A program made the position numbers and the translations under genes. From an uncultured Methanosarcinales archaeon (lineage in GTDB: Archaea; Nanobdellota; Nanobdellia; Woesearchaeales; JACPIF01): a stretch of DNA of 64,000 bases. The DNA lies in contig CAZRPY010000002.1 in assembly GCA_964602245.1 (NCBI GenBank), forward strand, positions 49,833-113,832. Reading direction: 5' to 3'. Shown here piece after piece: positions 20,292 to 29,681 of this stretch. A model generated the notes under the pieces. It was not told where the DNA came from, ran no database searches, and saw only the letters and a program-made list of their open reading frames with translations. Numbering within the stretch: position 1 is the first letter of the stretch; each line of letters begins with the position of its first letter.

Positions 20292-20540
20292 ATGGCAAAA
20301 GTAAAACCAAAGGTAATTATCTATACTACTCCAACATGCCCCTATTGCAAGATGGCTAAGGAGTTTTTCAAGGTTAATAAAATAGAGTATGAGGATATTG
20401 ATGTTTCTACTAATAGGGAGGCTGCTGAGCATATGATAGAGAAATCAGGGCAGATGGGTGTGCCAGTTATAGAAGTGGGAGACCAGATGATAGTAGGGTT
20501 TGATAAGCCTGCTCTAAAGAAAGCTCTGGGGATTGCTTAG
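20292..20540 (+). CDS. glutaredoxin-like small redox protein (CxxC), paralog
   Basis: YTTPTCPYCKMAKEFF and GVPVIEVGDQMIVGFD; about 55% identical to 3965..4210 product. Confidence 0.75.
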   Translation: MAKVKPKVIIYTTPTCPYCKMAKEFFKVNKIEYEDIDVSTNREAAEHMIEKSGQMGVPVIEVGDQMIVGFDKPALKKALGIA

Positions 20541-20585
20541 TATAATTTTGGCAAGACTTCTTGTTAAATGCCCATAGGTTAAGCA

Positions 20586-20653
20586 AAGTTCAGGCGGCTC
20601 GCAAAACTGATGCCAAATCGAAGATTTGAAGAAATAATGAAAAGGCGGGTGTC
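20586..20653. repeat. left arm of nested inverted repeats bracketing gene 20654..21103
   Basis: aagttcaggcggctcgc (20586-20602) and aaaggcgggtgtc (20641-20653) are reverse complements of blocks at 21191-21207 and 21171-21183. Confidence 0.55.
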
Positions 20654-21103
20654 TTACTTTATGTCTAAAACTCTTACAGCTTTTTCAGGATCAACTCTAT
20701 ATGGTGATTGTTTTCCCTCGTAAAAATGATGTTGTCTTATTAAGTGTGCAATTGCTCCTGGAAATCTAAGTTCTTCATTAGTGGTTTGATTCCTCACAAA
20801 TAAATTCAAGGTGCTATTTGGCATCATGAAATCAACATCATTCCAAGGACAGGCTTGTCCACCTCTGTATGCCACTCCTCCTCCGAGATATTTTCCATCA
20901 ACAACTTTTCCATCTATTGTTGGGTAACCTATAGCACGAAGAAAGTATTCTATTCTATCGGCGATTTGCTCATGCGTTAAGCCTAATTTTCTAACGGTTT
21001 CATCATCTGCCCTAAGAACTTCATCTAATCTTTCAACATCTCCTAAAAAGCCACCCATGGATAATCTTCCTGGTTTCATTGATGCTTCTATAGTTTCATT
21101 CAT
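20654..21103 (-). CDS. hypothetical protein inside inverted-repeat cassette
   Basis: 149-aa ORF with no recognisable motif; tightly bracketed by GC-rich inverted repeats. Confidence 0.4.
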   Translation of the reverse strand: MNETIEASMKPGRLSMGGFLGDVERLDEVLRADDETVRKLGLTHEQIADRIEYFLRAIGYPTIDGKVVDGKYLGGGVAYRGGQACPWNDVDFMMPNSTLNLFVRNQTTNEELRFPGAIAHLIRQHHFYEGKQSPYRVDPEKAVRVLDIK

Positions 21104-21170
21104 ATTACCTTTAATATAAATTGGACTTTATAAATCTTTCGGTTATTTACTACTATTTAAAGACAACATA

Positions 21171-21207
21171 GATGCCCGCCTTTACTGCACGCTCGCCGCC
21201 TGAACTT
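21171..21207. repeat. right arm of nested inverted repeats
   Basis: gatgcccgccttt and gctcgccgcctgaactt; embedded in a GC-rich stretch 21165-21260 with cacgctcgc repeated. Confidence 0.55.
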
Positions 21208-21333
21208 TTTCGCTCTGCTCAAACCACGTTGCACGCTCGCTTCGCTCGGGTCGCTTAACAGGCATTCTAAAACAGCAAAATTTAAATATAAGTGTATTCA
21301 TTTGATTTAAAACGATACAGTTAAGGAGCTAAA

Positions 21334-21633
21334 ATGGCTGCAAGTGTCACTACACGCATACCAAAGGAGATGCTAGAGGAAATTGATAAATTTTCAGCTG
21401 AGAAGCATATGGATAGAGCTACAATGCTGCGCAACTTAATAGAGCAAGGACTATTGGATGAAAAAAAGAAGAAAGTATTATTGCAGTATAAAAACAGAAA
21501 AATCAGCTTGCAAAGAGCTGCTGAAATGCTAAATGCTGATCTTACAGAGATGGTTGATCTTATTGGAAAAGAGGAGCTGCATTTGGATTACAGTAAAGAG
21601 GAGTTAAGAGAAGATATAAAAGGATTAAGATGA
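21334..21633 (+). CDS. UPF0175-family putative antitoxin
   Basis: 99 aa; helix-rich, KISLQRAAEMLNADLTEMVDLI segment typical of UPF0175; 4-nt overlap with downstream DUF3368 gene. Confidence 0.5.
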   Translation: MAASVTTRIPKEMLEEIDKFSAEKHMDRATMLRNLIEQGLLDEKKKKVLLQYKNRKISLQRAAEMLNADLTEMVDLIGKEELHLDYSKEELREDIKGLR

Positions 21634-22130
21634 ATATTGTTAGCAATACATCTCCCTTAGTTTTTCTTACTAAAATTGGAAAGCTAAATTTCTTGAATGA
21701 GTATGATCTATTCATTCCTCAACAGGTTTATGATGAAATAATTCTTTGGAAGAATAAGGGCAAAGATGACTATTTAATATTAGAGAACTGGATTAAGAAA
21801 ACTAATGTTAGTGTAGAAAAGGTCTCTATTCTTAAAAATCTGCCACAAAGCTTAGGAGAGGGTGAAAAAGCTGCTATCTCATTAGCCATAGAGAAAAATG
21901 TGAAAATTATACTAATAGATGAGAGAAAGGCCAGAATAACAGCTAATTTATTGGGGCTACAACCTAGAGGGACTATTGCTATTATTCAAGAAAATTTATT
22001 AGAGAATAAAATAACAAGGAAAGAATGCAAAATCTTAATATTAGAATTAATTAAAAAAGGTTACAGAATAAAAGAGGAGTTAATTGCTGAGTTTTTGCAA
22101 GAGTTTGAGGGGAAAAGTGAGGAAACTTAA
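21630..22130 (+). CDS. DUF3368 PIN-like domain protein (putative toxin)
   Basis: TSPLVFLTKIGKLNFL N-terminus and ILIDERKARITANLLGL segment match DUF3368/PIN-like; canonical partner of UPF0175. Confidence 0.55.
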   Translation: MNIVSNTSPLVFLTKIGKLNFLNEYDLFIPQQVYDEIILWKNKGKDDYLILENWIKKTNVSVEKVSILKNLPQSLGEGEKAAISLAIEKNVKIILIDERKARITANLLGLQPRGTIAIIQENLLENKITRKECKILILELIKKGYRIKEELIAEFLQEFEGKSEET

Positions 22131-22444
22131 ATCTAAGTGATGAATAAAATCAATATTAAAACAAGAAAAGTGGTCTGAGGTGAGTGGTGTTTGTTATTGA
22201 ACTTTTCCTTTTTCTATTAACTATTTGTAAACAATCTCTTTATTTAACCTTCCATTTTTGATTTGTATTTTAGCTTCTACAAATTTTTCGCACTTTGGAC
22301 AGATATGATGTATTTCCATCCAGCCCTCATCTATTGTTTAAACCACTGTCAAAATTTAGTTCCCCTCCTATGTACGTAAAGTTTATATATAAGTTATATT
22401 TAATATATTATATCTAGAGGATATAACTAACTACGTTAAACAAA

Positions 22445-22663
22445 ATGGAAGTCAAAGTTAAAGCTAAGAAGATTGGAGGCTCTATAGGAGTAATAATTCC
22501 AAAAGAGATAGTGGAAAGTGAGAGAATTTCTGTAGATGATACTCTAAAAATAGATATTGAAAAAACTGACGATATCAGCTTTCTGTGGGGAAGAGGCAAG
22601 GACATTAAGAAGTCGACTGATCAGATAATGAGAGAGATAGATGAAGGAGAAATAGATGATTAA
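22445..22663 (+). CDS. SpoVT/AbrB (MazE-like) antitoxin, paralog 3
   Basis: KKIGGSIGVIIPKEIV; upstream tttatatataagttata motif related to the other two pairs. Confidence 0.65.
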   Translation: MEVKVKAKKIGGSIGVIIPKEIVESERISVDDTLKIDIEKTDDISFLWGRGKDIKKSTDQIMREIDEGEIDD

Positions 22664-23027
22664 AAGATTATTCTATGATACCTATGCTCTTATAGAAATA
22701 TATAAAGAGAATCCTAATTACGAGAAGTACAAGAAAGGCTTTAAAATTATACTTAATAAATTAAATCTGCTAGAGTTTTCTTATTTTTTATTTAGAGAAG
22801 GAAGAGGAAATGAAGCTAAGGAAATAATTAGTAGATTCTCAAAATTTAATATTGACTATGATAACGAAATATTACTTGAAACTGCAAAAATGAAATTTGA
22901 GCATAAAAAAGAATTTTTAAGTTATATTGACTGCATAGGATATCTTCTAGCCAAAAAGTATAATGTAAAGTTTCTTACAGGAGATGAAAAGTTTAGAGAT
23001 ATGGAGAATGTAGAGTTTGTGAAATAG
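22656..23027 (+). CDS. PIN-domain (VapC-like) toxin, paralog 3
   Basis: FYDTYALIEI, YIDCIGY, FLTGDEKF; 8-nt overlap with antitoxin gene. Confidence 0.6.
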   Translation: MIKRLFYDTYALIEIYKENPNYEKYKKGFKIILNKLNLLEFSYFLFREGRGNEAKEIISRFSKFNIDYDNEILLETAKMKFEHKKEFLSYIDCIGYLLAKKYNVKFLTGDEKFRDMENVEFVK

Positions 23028-23167
23028 CAATTAAGATTCTTAACTCAAGAATAATATCTCTTTTGACTAAGAATACCAATTCTAAAGAAATCTCTAACTA
23101 GCATGATTATAAGCTTCCTCTATTATTAGCATAAAATATATAAATAAAAGTCTATTTCTATAGTAAT

Positions 23168-23785
23168 ATGAGGATTTTAAATAGAAACTATCAGAAAACT
23201 ATGCTAGATATAGTAGATGGTGTTAAAGTTGAAGGGGATAAAGTTCATATTTATGGAAGGATTTTGAGATTTAATGTGTTTGGTGAAGAAAAAGCAAGTT
23301 TGTATCATTATCTGATTCATGATGCACAGACAGGTAACATAATTTCTGAACATTCTTGGAAGAAACTTGAACGTTTAGCTCCCATTGATTGGGTACTCTA
23401 CTCAATATTAGGCATTGTTAGTGCTGGAGCTGGCCTAATACCTATATTAAGAAGAGTAACGCCATCTGGTAGATTAAGAATAAAAAATTCAGAAATTTAT
23501 AATAGGAATGTTGCTGTTTATATGCACAATGATTTGGCTTATTGGAGAGAAAGAGCAGAAAAGATTCCTGTTTACCAAGGTTCTATAGATGAAGTAGCTG
23601 AAGAACTAGGAGTTCAGTTAAAGCGTGTTGATACTAACAACCCTATAAAGTACATTCGAGCAGAAGACCACTTCTTACTGCGGGTAAATGCATTTCTAAT
23701 GGGCGCAGATGCTGTTGTCCATTCTCAGCCAGGATCTTCAATTGGAACACCTGTTAAAATAATCAAACGCAAACGAGCTAAGTGA
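23168..23785 (+). CDS. hypothetical protein with one TM segment
   Basis: 205-aa ORF; hydrophobic stretch WVLYSILGIVSAGAGLIPIL. Confidence 0.3.
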   Translation: MRILNRNYQKTMLDIVDGVKVEGDKVHIYGRILRFNVFGEEKASLYHYLIHDAQTGNIISEHSWKKLERLAPIDWVLYSILGIVSAGAGLIPILRRVTPSGRLRIKNSEIYNRNVAVYMHNDLAYWRERAEKIPVYQGSIDEVAEELGVQLKRVDTNNPIKYIRAEDHFLLRVNAFLMGADAVVHSQPGSSIGTPVKIIKRKRAK

Positions 23786-23844
23786 TTGTTACTCACTTTT
23801 AAGTATCATAACATTTATAAGTAACTAATATATTCTTTTAGTAT

Positions 23845-24483
23845 ATGGATAATGCTCATTTATTGATAGAGCTAGCTAAGTATTCTAAAAATGGCTTTAT
23901 TGAAGCTAATACAACTTCTATATCAAAGCTGTTTGGGCTTTCTCAGCAATCTATTAGCAGGAAATTAATAGAATTGGAAAGGCAAAGACTAATTAAAAGG
24001 GTTGCTAGTAATAGAGGCACTAAAGTTATTATCGATAATGAAGGTAAAAGGCTTCTGGCAGAGAAATATGCTGCACTTAAGAGCTATTTTGAAAGCAGCA
24101 AGGCAGTAATAAAGGGTAAGGTTAAAACAGGCTTGGGTGAGGGCAGGTATTATATGTCTCAAGAAGGATATATTATGCAGTTTGTTGAGAAGCTTGGGTT
24201 TAAGCCTTATCCTGGCACATTAAACATTGATGTGGATGCAATGCAGGCATTGGCTTTCATTAACTCACTGACACAATTTAGGATTAATGGTTTTGATAGC
24301 AAGGAAAGGACATTTGGAGCGCTAACTGCATATAAAGTTAAGGTTAAAGATATAGAATGTGGTGTAGTTATCCCAGATAGAACAACTCATGATAGAAGCA
24401 CTTTAGAGGTTATATCGCCATATTATCTGAGAGATAAATTAGGACTTAAAGATGCAGATGAGATTACTATAATTGGAGAATAG
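23845..24483 (+). CDS. ribK: CTP-dependent riboflavin kinase with N-terminal winged-helix domain (archaeal type)
   Basis: C-terminal GKVKTGLGEGRYYMSQEGYIMQFVEKLGFKPYPGTLNIDVD matches archaeal (MJ0056-type) riboflavin kinase; N-terminal HTH. Confidence 0.8.
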   Translation: MDNAHLLIELAKYSKNGFIEANTTSISKLFGLSQQSISRKLIELERQRLIKRVASNRGTKVIIDNEGKRLLAEKYAALKSYFESSKAVIKGKVKTGLGEGRYYMSQEGYIMQFVEKLGFKPYPGTLNIDVDAMQALAFINSLTQFRINGFDSKERTFGALTAYKVKVKDIECGVVIPDRTTHDRSTLEVISPYYLRDKLGLKDADEITIIGE

Positions 24484-24502
24484 ATAAAATATAGGTAATA
24501 AA

Positions 24503-25000
24503 ATGGCTAAAATAGGTATTGCAGATACAACGTTTGCTAGAGTTGATATGGCAAAGTTTGCTATTGAGACTATTAAGAGTAATAGTAATCATGAAATTGA
24601 GAGATACACTGTGCCTGGATTTAAGGATCTGCCAGTTGCATGTAAAAGGCTTATTGAGGAATATAAGTGTGATATTGTTATAGCTCTAGGTTGGGCTGGA
24701 AGTGCAGTTATTGATGAGATTTGTGCACAAGAGGCTTCAAATGGCTTGATAAATGCACAGCTTATGACTAATAAGCATATTCTTAGTGTTTTTGTTTATG
24801 CAAGAGAAGCAAAGACTGATGATGAGCTTTACCAGATTGCTAAAGACAGGACTATAAAGCATACTTTAAATGCAATTGCTTTGCTAAAAGGAAAGACTGA
24901 ACTAACAAAATATGCAGGAATGGGTATAAGACAGGGTAGTGTTGAGGCTGGTCCTATTAAATTTAATAAGAAGGATAGTAAGTATAGAATTAAAAGATAA
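24503..25000 (+). CDS. ribC: riboflavin synthase, archaeal type
   Basis: MAKIGIADTTFARVDMA N-terminus characteristic of archaeal riboflavin synthase (lumazine-synthase-like fold). Confidence 0.8.
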   Translation: MAKIGIADTTFARVDMAKFAIETIKSNSNHEIERYTVPGFKDLPVACKRLIEEYKCDIVIALGWAGSAVIDEICAQEASNGLINAQLMTNKHILSVFVYAREAKTDDELYQIAKDRTIKHTLNAIALLKGKTELTKYAGMGIRQGSVEAGPIKFNKKDSKYRIKR

Positions 25001-25028
25001 TTATAAAATTTAGTGTTATAAAAAAATA

Positions 25029-25137
25029 ATTTGCATCACGAGCCTCGAATACGAGGCTATACATTAGTCCGCTAATCACCAATTTGACATTCATGATGCG
25101 GACAGATAAGTTGCGTGTTCGCAACCGTATGCAAATT
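25029..25137 (+). repeat. GC-rich TTGCAT..ATGCAAAT-bounded structured element, copy B
   Basis: aatttgcatcacgagcctcgaatacgaggctatacattagtccgctaatc...gcggacagataagttgcgtgttcgcaaccgtatgcaaatt; ends 40 nt before ribH ATG. Confidence 0.6.
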
Positions 25138-25176
25138 AAAAAGATAAGAATTAATAAATAAAAAGATTATAACAAA

Positions 25177-25587
25177 ATGCAAGAGAAAATAGGCATAGTT
25201 GTTTCACAGACTCATAAGCAAATTACTGAGAAAATGCTTGAATTAGCTGAAGATACTGCAAGGAAGTTGGATGTTAAAGTGCAGAAAGTTGTTAGAGTTC
25301 CTGGAAGCTTTGATATTCCTATTGCAGTTAAAATGCTTCTTGAGAAAGAAGATGTTGATGGGGTTGTAACATTAGGTGTGGTTATGCAAGGCGAGACAGA
25401 TCATGATGGTGTTATCGCTTACACTATGGCTGAAAAGATAAGTGAGCTTTCTTTGCTGTACAATAAACCAGTAGTTTTAGGTGTAAATGGCCCTAAGATA
25501 AGCCAAGAGCAGGCAATTGATAGGATTGGAAGAGCAAAACAAGTGACTGAGGCTTGTGTTGATTTGATAAGGACTTTGAAAGCATAA
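25177..25587 (+). CDS. ribH: 6,7-dimethyl-8-ribityllumazine synthase
   Basis: KIGIVVSQ...VRVPGSFDIPIAVK and GVVMQGETDHD motifs of lumazine synthase. Confidence 0.85.
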   Translation: MQEKIGIVVSQTHKQITEKMLELAEDTARKLDVKVQKVVRVPGSFDIPIAVKMLLEKEDVDGVVTLGVVMQGETDHDGVIAYTMAEKISELSLLYNKPVVLGVNGPKISQEQAIDRIGRAKQVTEACVDLIRTLKA

Positions 25588-25629
25588 AGTAGGAAACTTT
25601 TTAAATAAGTTCTTAACAAAACTGTAATA

Positions 25630-26454
25630 ATGGGGAAAGCTGACTTGCATATGCATTCTACTATTAGCGATTGTATTTTAACCCCACAAATGATCATAAC
25701 TCTACATAGAAAGAGAAATAGAGATTATATGGAGCATAATAAAGGTTTAAAATGGAGGGATGTTATTGCTATTACAGATCATGATGAAATAAAAGGTGCA
25801 CAAGAAGCTGCAGAGATTGTATATAAGAGTACAAAATGGAAAAGTATAGATCCTATTGTACTTGTAGGGGAAGAGGTAACAACATTGGAAGGCCATGTAT
25901 TGGCTATAAATATTAAAGAGCGTATTCCTCCTAGAATGAGTGCAGAAGAAACTATAGCAGCTATTCATGAGCAAAATGGCTTTGCTATTGCGGCACACCC
26001 ATATACTATTGCACATTACTTTTTAAAAAGGCAGAAGGGGCTACTTGGTGTAGGAAAGCTAATTTATGAGCTTCCTTTTGATGGTGTGGAAGTAATAAAT
26101 GCAAATATTACTGAAAAAATTCCAAATTTATGGCTGAAATATGTGTTAAATAATAATAATTTTGCTTTACTAGGAAATAGTGATGCACATTTTTCAACAG
26201 CATTTACTGCTAATAGCGATTTTGAAGGGGAAACTGCACAAGATTTATTTAAAGCTATTAGGAATAAGTCTACTACTCCACAAGGCCGTACTTACTCTTG
26301 GTTTGATATGGCTAGAGGTTATAAAGAGCACCAAGAAATTTTAAAAATTTGTGAAAGAGTAGAAGGAGTCACTTTACCAAATGCAGATATATGGCAGAGA
26401 GCTATGAATCCTGTTTTATTTAATTTATTGCAATATACATCAAAACTTTATTAA
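25630..26454 (+). CDS. PHP-domain metal-dependent phosphoesterase
   Basis: DLHMHS N-terminal motif and later histidine motifs (AAHP, DAH) of the PHP superfamily. Confidence 0.7.
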   Translation: MGKADLHMHSTISDCILTPQMIITLHRKRNRDYMEHNKGLKWRDVIAITDHDEIKGAQEAAEIVYKSTKWKSIDPIVLVGEEVTTLEGHVLAINIKERIPPRMSAEETIAAIHEQNGFAIAAHPYTIAHYFLKRQKGLLGVGKLIYELPFDGVEVINANITEKIPNLWLKYVLNNNNFALLGNSDAHFSTAFTANSDFEGETAQDLFKAIRNKSTTPQGRTYSWFDMARGYKEHQEILKICERVEGVTLPNADIWQRAMNPVLFNLLQYTSKLY

Positions 26455-26510
26455 TAATTTAAGCTAAACCTTTAAATATTAATATTACATATAGAAACTA
26501 ACTAATAATA

Positions 26511-27026
26511 ATGCTAACAGAAAGAGTAAATGACTTGGCAGAAAACTATTTAGCACCTGTTTCTTTAGGATTGGCTTCTCCATACGCTGCTCCAACAGCA
26601 AGGAGAGTAAGTAACCAATTATATGCCAGAGCTTTACATAAGGACAGGACAGAAGCTTGCACCCAAGTTAGTGTTTTAATTCCAGTTGCAACTGAAGGAA
26701 GATTAGAAGGGTTTATCAGGAGAATTAAAAAAGATTTCAGTTATCGTCAAGAGTCTACTTTCGAATTTTTTGAAGAAGCAAATGCTAGTAGAACTTGGTT
26801 ATTGTATAGAGCTAGCCAAACTTTGGGTTCTGCACTAACATTTGGATTAATTGGGTATGGGGTTGCTGAAATGCTACAACATCAGAATACAAAAGTATTA
26901 TTAGCAACTTTAGCTGCTATTGTTCTTGGAAATGCTGCTTCTTATGTTTATGAAAGAGTAAAAGGGACTCGTTTTACAATAGGATTGAGAAGAGAAATAC
27001 CTCTTAACCAGGAATCTTCATTATAG
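26511..27026 (+). CDS. hypothetical membrane protein
   Basis: 171-aa ORF with C-terminal hydrophobic segments. Confidence 0.3.
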   Translation: MLTERVNDLAENYLAPVSLGLASPYAAPTARRVSNQLYARALHKDRTEACTQVSVLIPVATEGRLEGFIRRIKKDFSYRQESTFEFFEEANASRTWLLYRASQTLGSALTFGLIGYGVAEMLQHQNTKVLLATLAAIVLGNAASYVYERVKGTRFTIGLRREIPLNQESSL

Positions 27027-27095
27027 ATTATGATTGCCTTTAATTAATAGAAAATGTAATAAAATTTTTAAATAGCGATTGAAAGACTTTTATTT

Positions 27096-27950
27096 ATGAT
27101 TATAACGAGAAGGGAATTTTTATCAATATCTGTTGTAGGAGGATTAGAGTTATCAAAAATAAGGAAATTTAATCCTTTCCAAGCAGTATTACATGCCAGT
27201 GACGCTTATGATCCTAAATTTGATTCCCCTTTTCAAGCAATCCTTAATGCAACTGTTAGGATAAAAAGGTATACATATTATAAAGATGGAAATCCGATTA
27301 TAAGAGTAGGAACTGGGTTTGTATATAAGAAAGATGGATATGCTTATAATATTTTAACAAATTATCATGTTATCCAAAATCTAGAGAGAGAAGGTATTGT
27401 TGAAGAAAGAGCTAATATAATTCTAAGGGATGACTCAATAGCATCTACTATAGTAAAGAAGGTTGATAGAGAAAAGGACTTTGCAGTAATTGGTTCAGCA
27501 CAATCTGAGTTAAGCGAAAAAGTTCTGCCTTCTGATTACCCATATTTACAATGGAATAATCCCACTTTAGAAGTCGGAGATAAACTTTTTATTGTAGGGT
27601 ATCAAGAGGGGATTACACTTGAAACTAGCATTGGCTATGTGACTTCTACAAAAAAAAAAGACATAGATAATGGATATAACCACTATGATGTTTGGTTTTT
27701 GTCTAACAGTAAAATAGGAAATAGTGGCGCATCTGTTCTAAAGGAAGTAAAGCATCAAAAATTTGGTACAGTTTATGAATATGTAGGTATGTTTCATGCA
27801 ACAGAAGAATGGCCAAAAAAGAAGATTAAGATTACTCCTATTGAAAATAGCTTAGCCCAAATATTAAAGATGGAAAAAAAGGTGGATGTAATATATAGGT
27901 CAAAGGCCATCCTTTTTTCAGAGTTTGCACATATGCTCAAAGCTGCTTAA
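27096..27950 (+). CDS. secreted trypsin-like (S1/DegP-type) serine protease
   Basis: Tat-like N-terminus (RREFLSISVVGG), TNYHVI His motif, GNSGASVL Ser motif. Confidence 0.7.
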   Translation: MIITRREFLSISVVGGLELSKIRKFNPFQAVLHASDAYDPKFDSPFQAILNATVRIKRYTYYKDGNPIIRVGTGFVYKKDGYAYNILTNYHVIQNLEREGIVEERANIILRDDSIASTIVKKVDREKDFAVIGSAQSELSEKVLPSDYPYLQWNNPTLEVGDKLFIVGYQEGITLETSIGYVTSTKKKDIDNGYNHYDVWFLSNSKIGNSGASVLKEVKHQKFGTVYEYVGMFHATEEWPKKKIKITPIENSLAQILKMEKKVDVIYRSKAILFSEFAHMLKAA

Positions 27951-27989
27951 TCAATAACATTTTTAAATAAACAAGGTTTACTTCTTCTT

Positions 27990-28643
27990 ATGAAAATAAC
28001 TTGGCTTAATCATGACTGTTTTAGGGTAAATACTATGGGGAAGGTAATTTATACTGACCCATTTGGCATAGATGAGCAGCAGGAAAAGGCTGATTTAGTG
28101 CTTATTTCTCATGGGCATTTTGACCATATGAGTAAAGATGATATAAAGAAAGTCATTAAACAAGAAACTAAGATAGTGACAAGTGAAGAGGGTGCTAAGG
28201 CTTTGAAATGCTTTTCCTTAAAACCTGGAGAAGCTAATGATTTTGATGGCATTAAAGTAGAGGGTGTTTATGCTTATAATATTAATAAGTTCAGAAGCTC
28301 TGGAGTACCTTTTCATCCAAAAAGTGAGGGGAGAGAGTATATTGGTTTTGTAATTACAGCTGAAGGAAAAAGAGTTTATCATGCAGGAGACACAGATGCA
28401 ATACCAGAGCTTAAGAATCTAAAGGCTGATGTTGCATTACTGCCTGTAAGCGGAATATATGTAATGACTGCTGAGGAGGCTTTAGAGGCTGTGAGGATGA
28501 TAAAACCTGAGGTAGCTATACCAATGCACTTTGGAGCTATAGTTGGCAGCCAAGCAGATGCATATGAATTTAAAAGGATGGTTGAAGAACAGACTAAGAC
28601 TAAAGTTGTAATTCTTGCTAAAGGAAAGAGTTATGAGTTTTAG
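27990..28643 (+). CDS. MBL-fold metallo-hydrolase
   Basis: LISHGHFDHM HxHxDH motif. Confidence 0.75.
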   Translation: MKITWLNHDCFRVNTMGKVIYTDPFGIDEQQEKADLVLISHGHFDHMSKDDIKKVIKQETKIVTSEEGAKALKCFSLKPGEANDFDGIKVEGVYAYNINKFRSSGVPFHPKSEGREYIGFVITAEGKRVYHAGDTDAIPELKNLKADVALLPVSGIYVMTAEEALEAVRMIKPEVAIPMHFGAIVGSQADAYEFKRMVEEQTKTKVVILAKGKSYEF

Positions 28644-28972
28644 TGTTTTAATTCTTTCTCTAAACTTGCTCTTTTAAATTGCTCATTAATTATTTTATCA
28701 AAAAGTTCTGCTATACTTTTAACATTAGGATTTTTCATGTTTAATTTGAATAATTTGGCATTTCCTATGTTTCTTGTGTGCACAACTAATTTTAATTTCT
28801 CAATCTCTGGCCATAATCTAAATAAGGTAACTCTGTTAATACCTGCTCCTTCAGCTATATCACCTATAGAATGGTCAAGTTCTCTTCCCTCTAACAAATA
28901 TTCTAAAACTCTGATTTTTGGTGTATCACCTAATAATTCTCTGAATATTGTTGGTTCATCTTGAAATTTCAT
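28640..28972 (-). CDS. winged-helix DNA-binding protein
   Basis: IGDIAEGAGINRVTLFRLWPEIE HTH-like segment; 110 aa. Confidence 0.45.
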   Translation of the reverse strand: MKFQDEPTIFRELLGDTPKIRVLEYLLEGRELDHSIGDIAEGAGINRVTLFRLWPEIEKLKLVVHTRNIGNAKLFKLNMKNPNVKSIAELFDKIINEQFKRASLEKELKH

Positions 28973-29067
28973 ATTAAGCTGATAAGATTAACTAATATAT
29001 AAATGTTTCTATTTTGTAATAATAGGATTGCATATTTGTAATATATCCGATAAGCTTTATATATCTA

Positions 29068-29358
29068 TTGCAGATTTCTAAGCCAATGACAAAATTTAGT
29101 AAAGAGGACCTAATAGCTATACAAAAGAAAATGATAAGGATGCTAAAGAACAAGAAGAAATTTGGTGGAGCACATACTGAGACTATCCATTTAAGGAATT
29201 GTGTGCCAAAACATTTAAGAGGGGAGAAAATTGTTGATGAAGCAATTAAAGATTTATTTAATACAGGAATTTTGATAAATAAACAATCAACTGGTGAAAA
29301 ACACTGTAGTTTAAACACTGCAAAGTTAAGAGAGATAGAAGAAATAGAAAAAAGTTAA
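29068..29358 (+). CDS. hypothetical protein
   Basis: 96-aa ORF. Confidence 0.3.
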   Translation: MQISKPMTKFSKEDLIAIQKKMIRMLKNKKKFGGAHTETIHLRNCVPKHLRGEKIVDEAIKDLFNTGILINKQSTGEKHCSLNTAKLREIEEIEKS

Positions 29359-29366
29359 ATTTTCAA

Positions 29367-29669
29367 ATGATACCACTAAAAGAACAACAGTTAGAGAAGC
29401 TTAGAAGATTGACTTTTCAGGAAATAAAGCTTGTATTTAGCTTTAAGGATAAAGAAAACTTGCAAGAGCCTGAATATATTAAAATATATGCGGATGATAT
29501 ACTAATAGCTGTTGCAAATGGTGATGGATTAAAGAAGAGTGAGAAAGCACTAAACCTTATACCTCTGGAAATAAAACCTAAAGTTGAATTGGATTTAAAG
29601 AAATTAGAGATGATTTACTCAGATGCTGTTTCGTTTGCTACTTATCATCCTGAAGAGCATGAGCATTGA
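29367..29669 (+). CDS. hypothetical protein
   Basis: 100-aa ORF following previous with 8-nt spacer. Confidence 0.3.
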   Translation: MIPLKEQQLEKLRRLTFQEIKLVFSFKDKENLQEPEYIKIYADDILIAVANGDGLKKSEKALNLIPLEIKPKVELDLKKLEMIYSDAVSFATYHPEEHEH

Positions 29670-29681
29670 CACACTATTGAC

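Noticed and set aside
22230-22328. 32-aa minus-strand ORF MEIHHICPKCEKFVEAKIQIKNGRLNKEIVYK with a single CxxC
   Set aside because: Only one cysteine pair and very short; it cannot be distinguished from chance, so it is left unannotated
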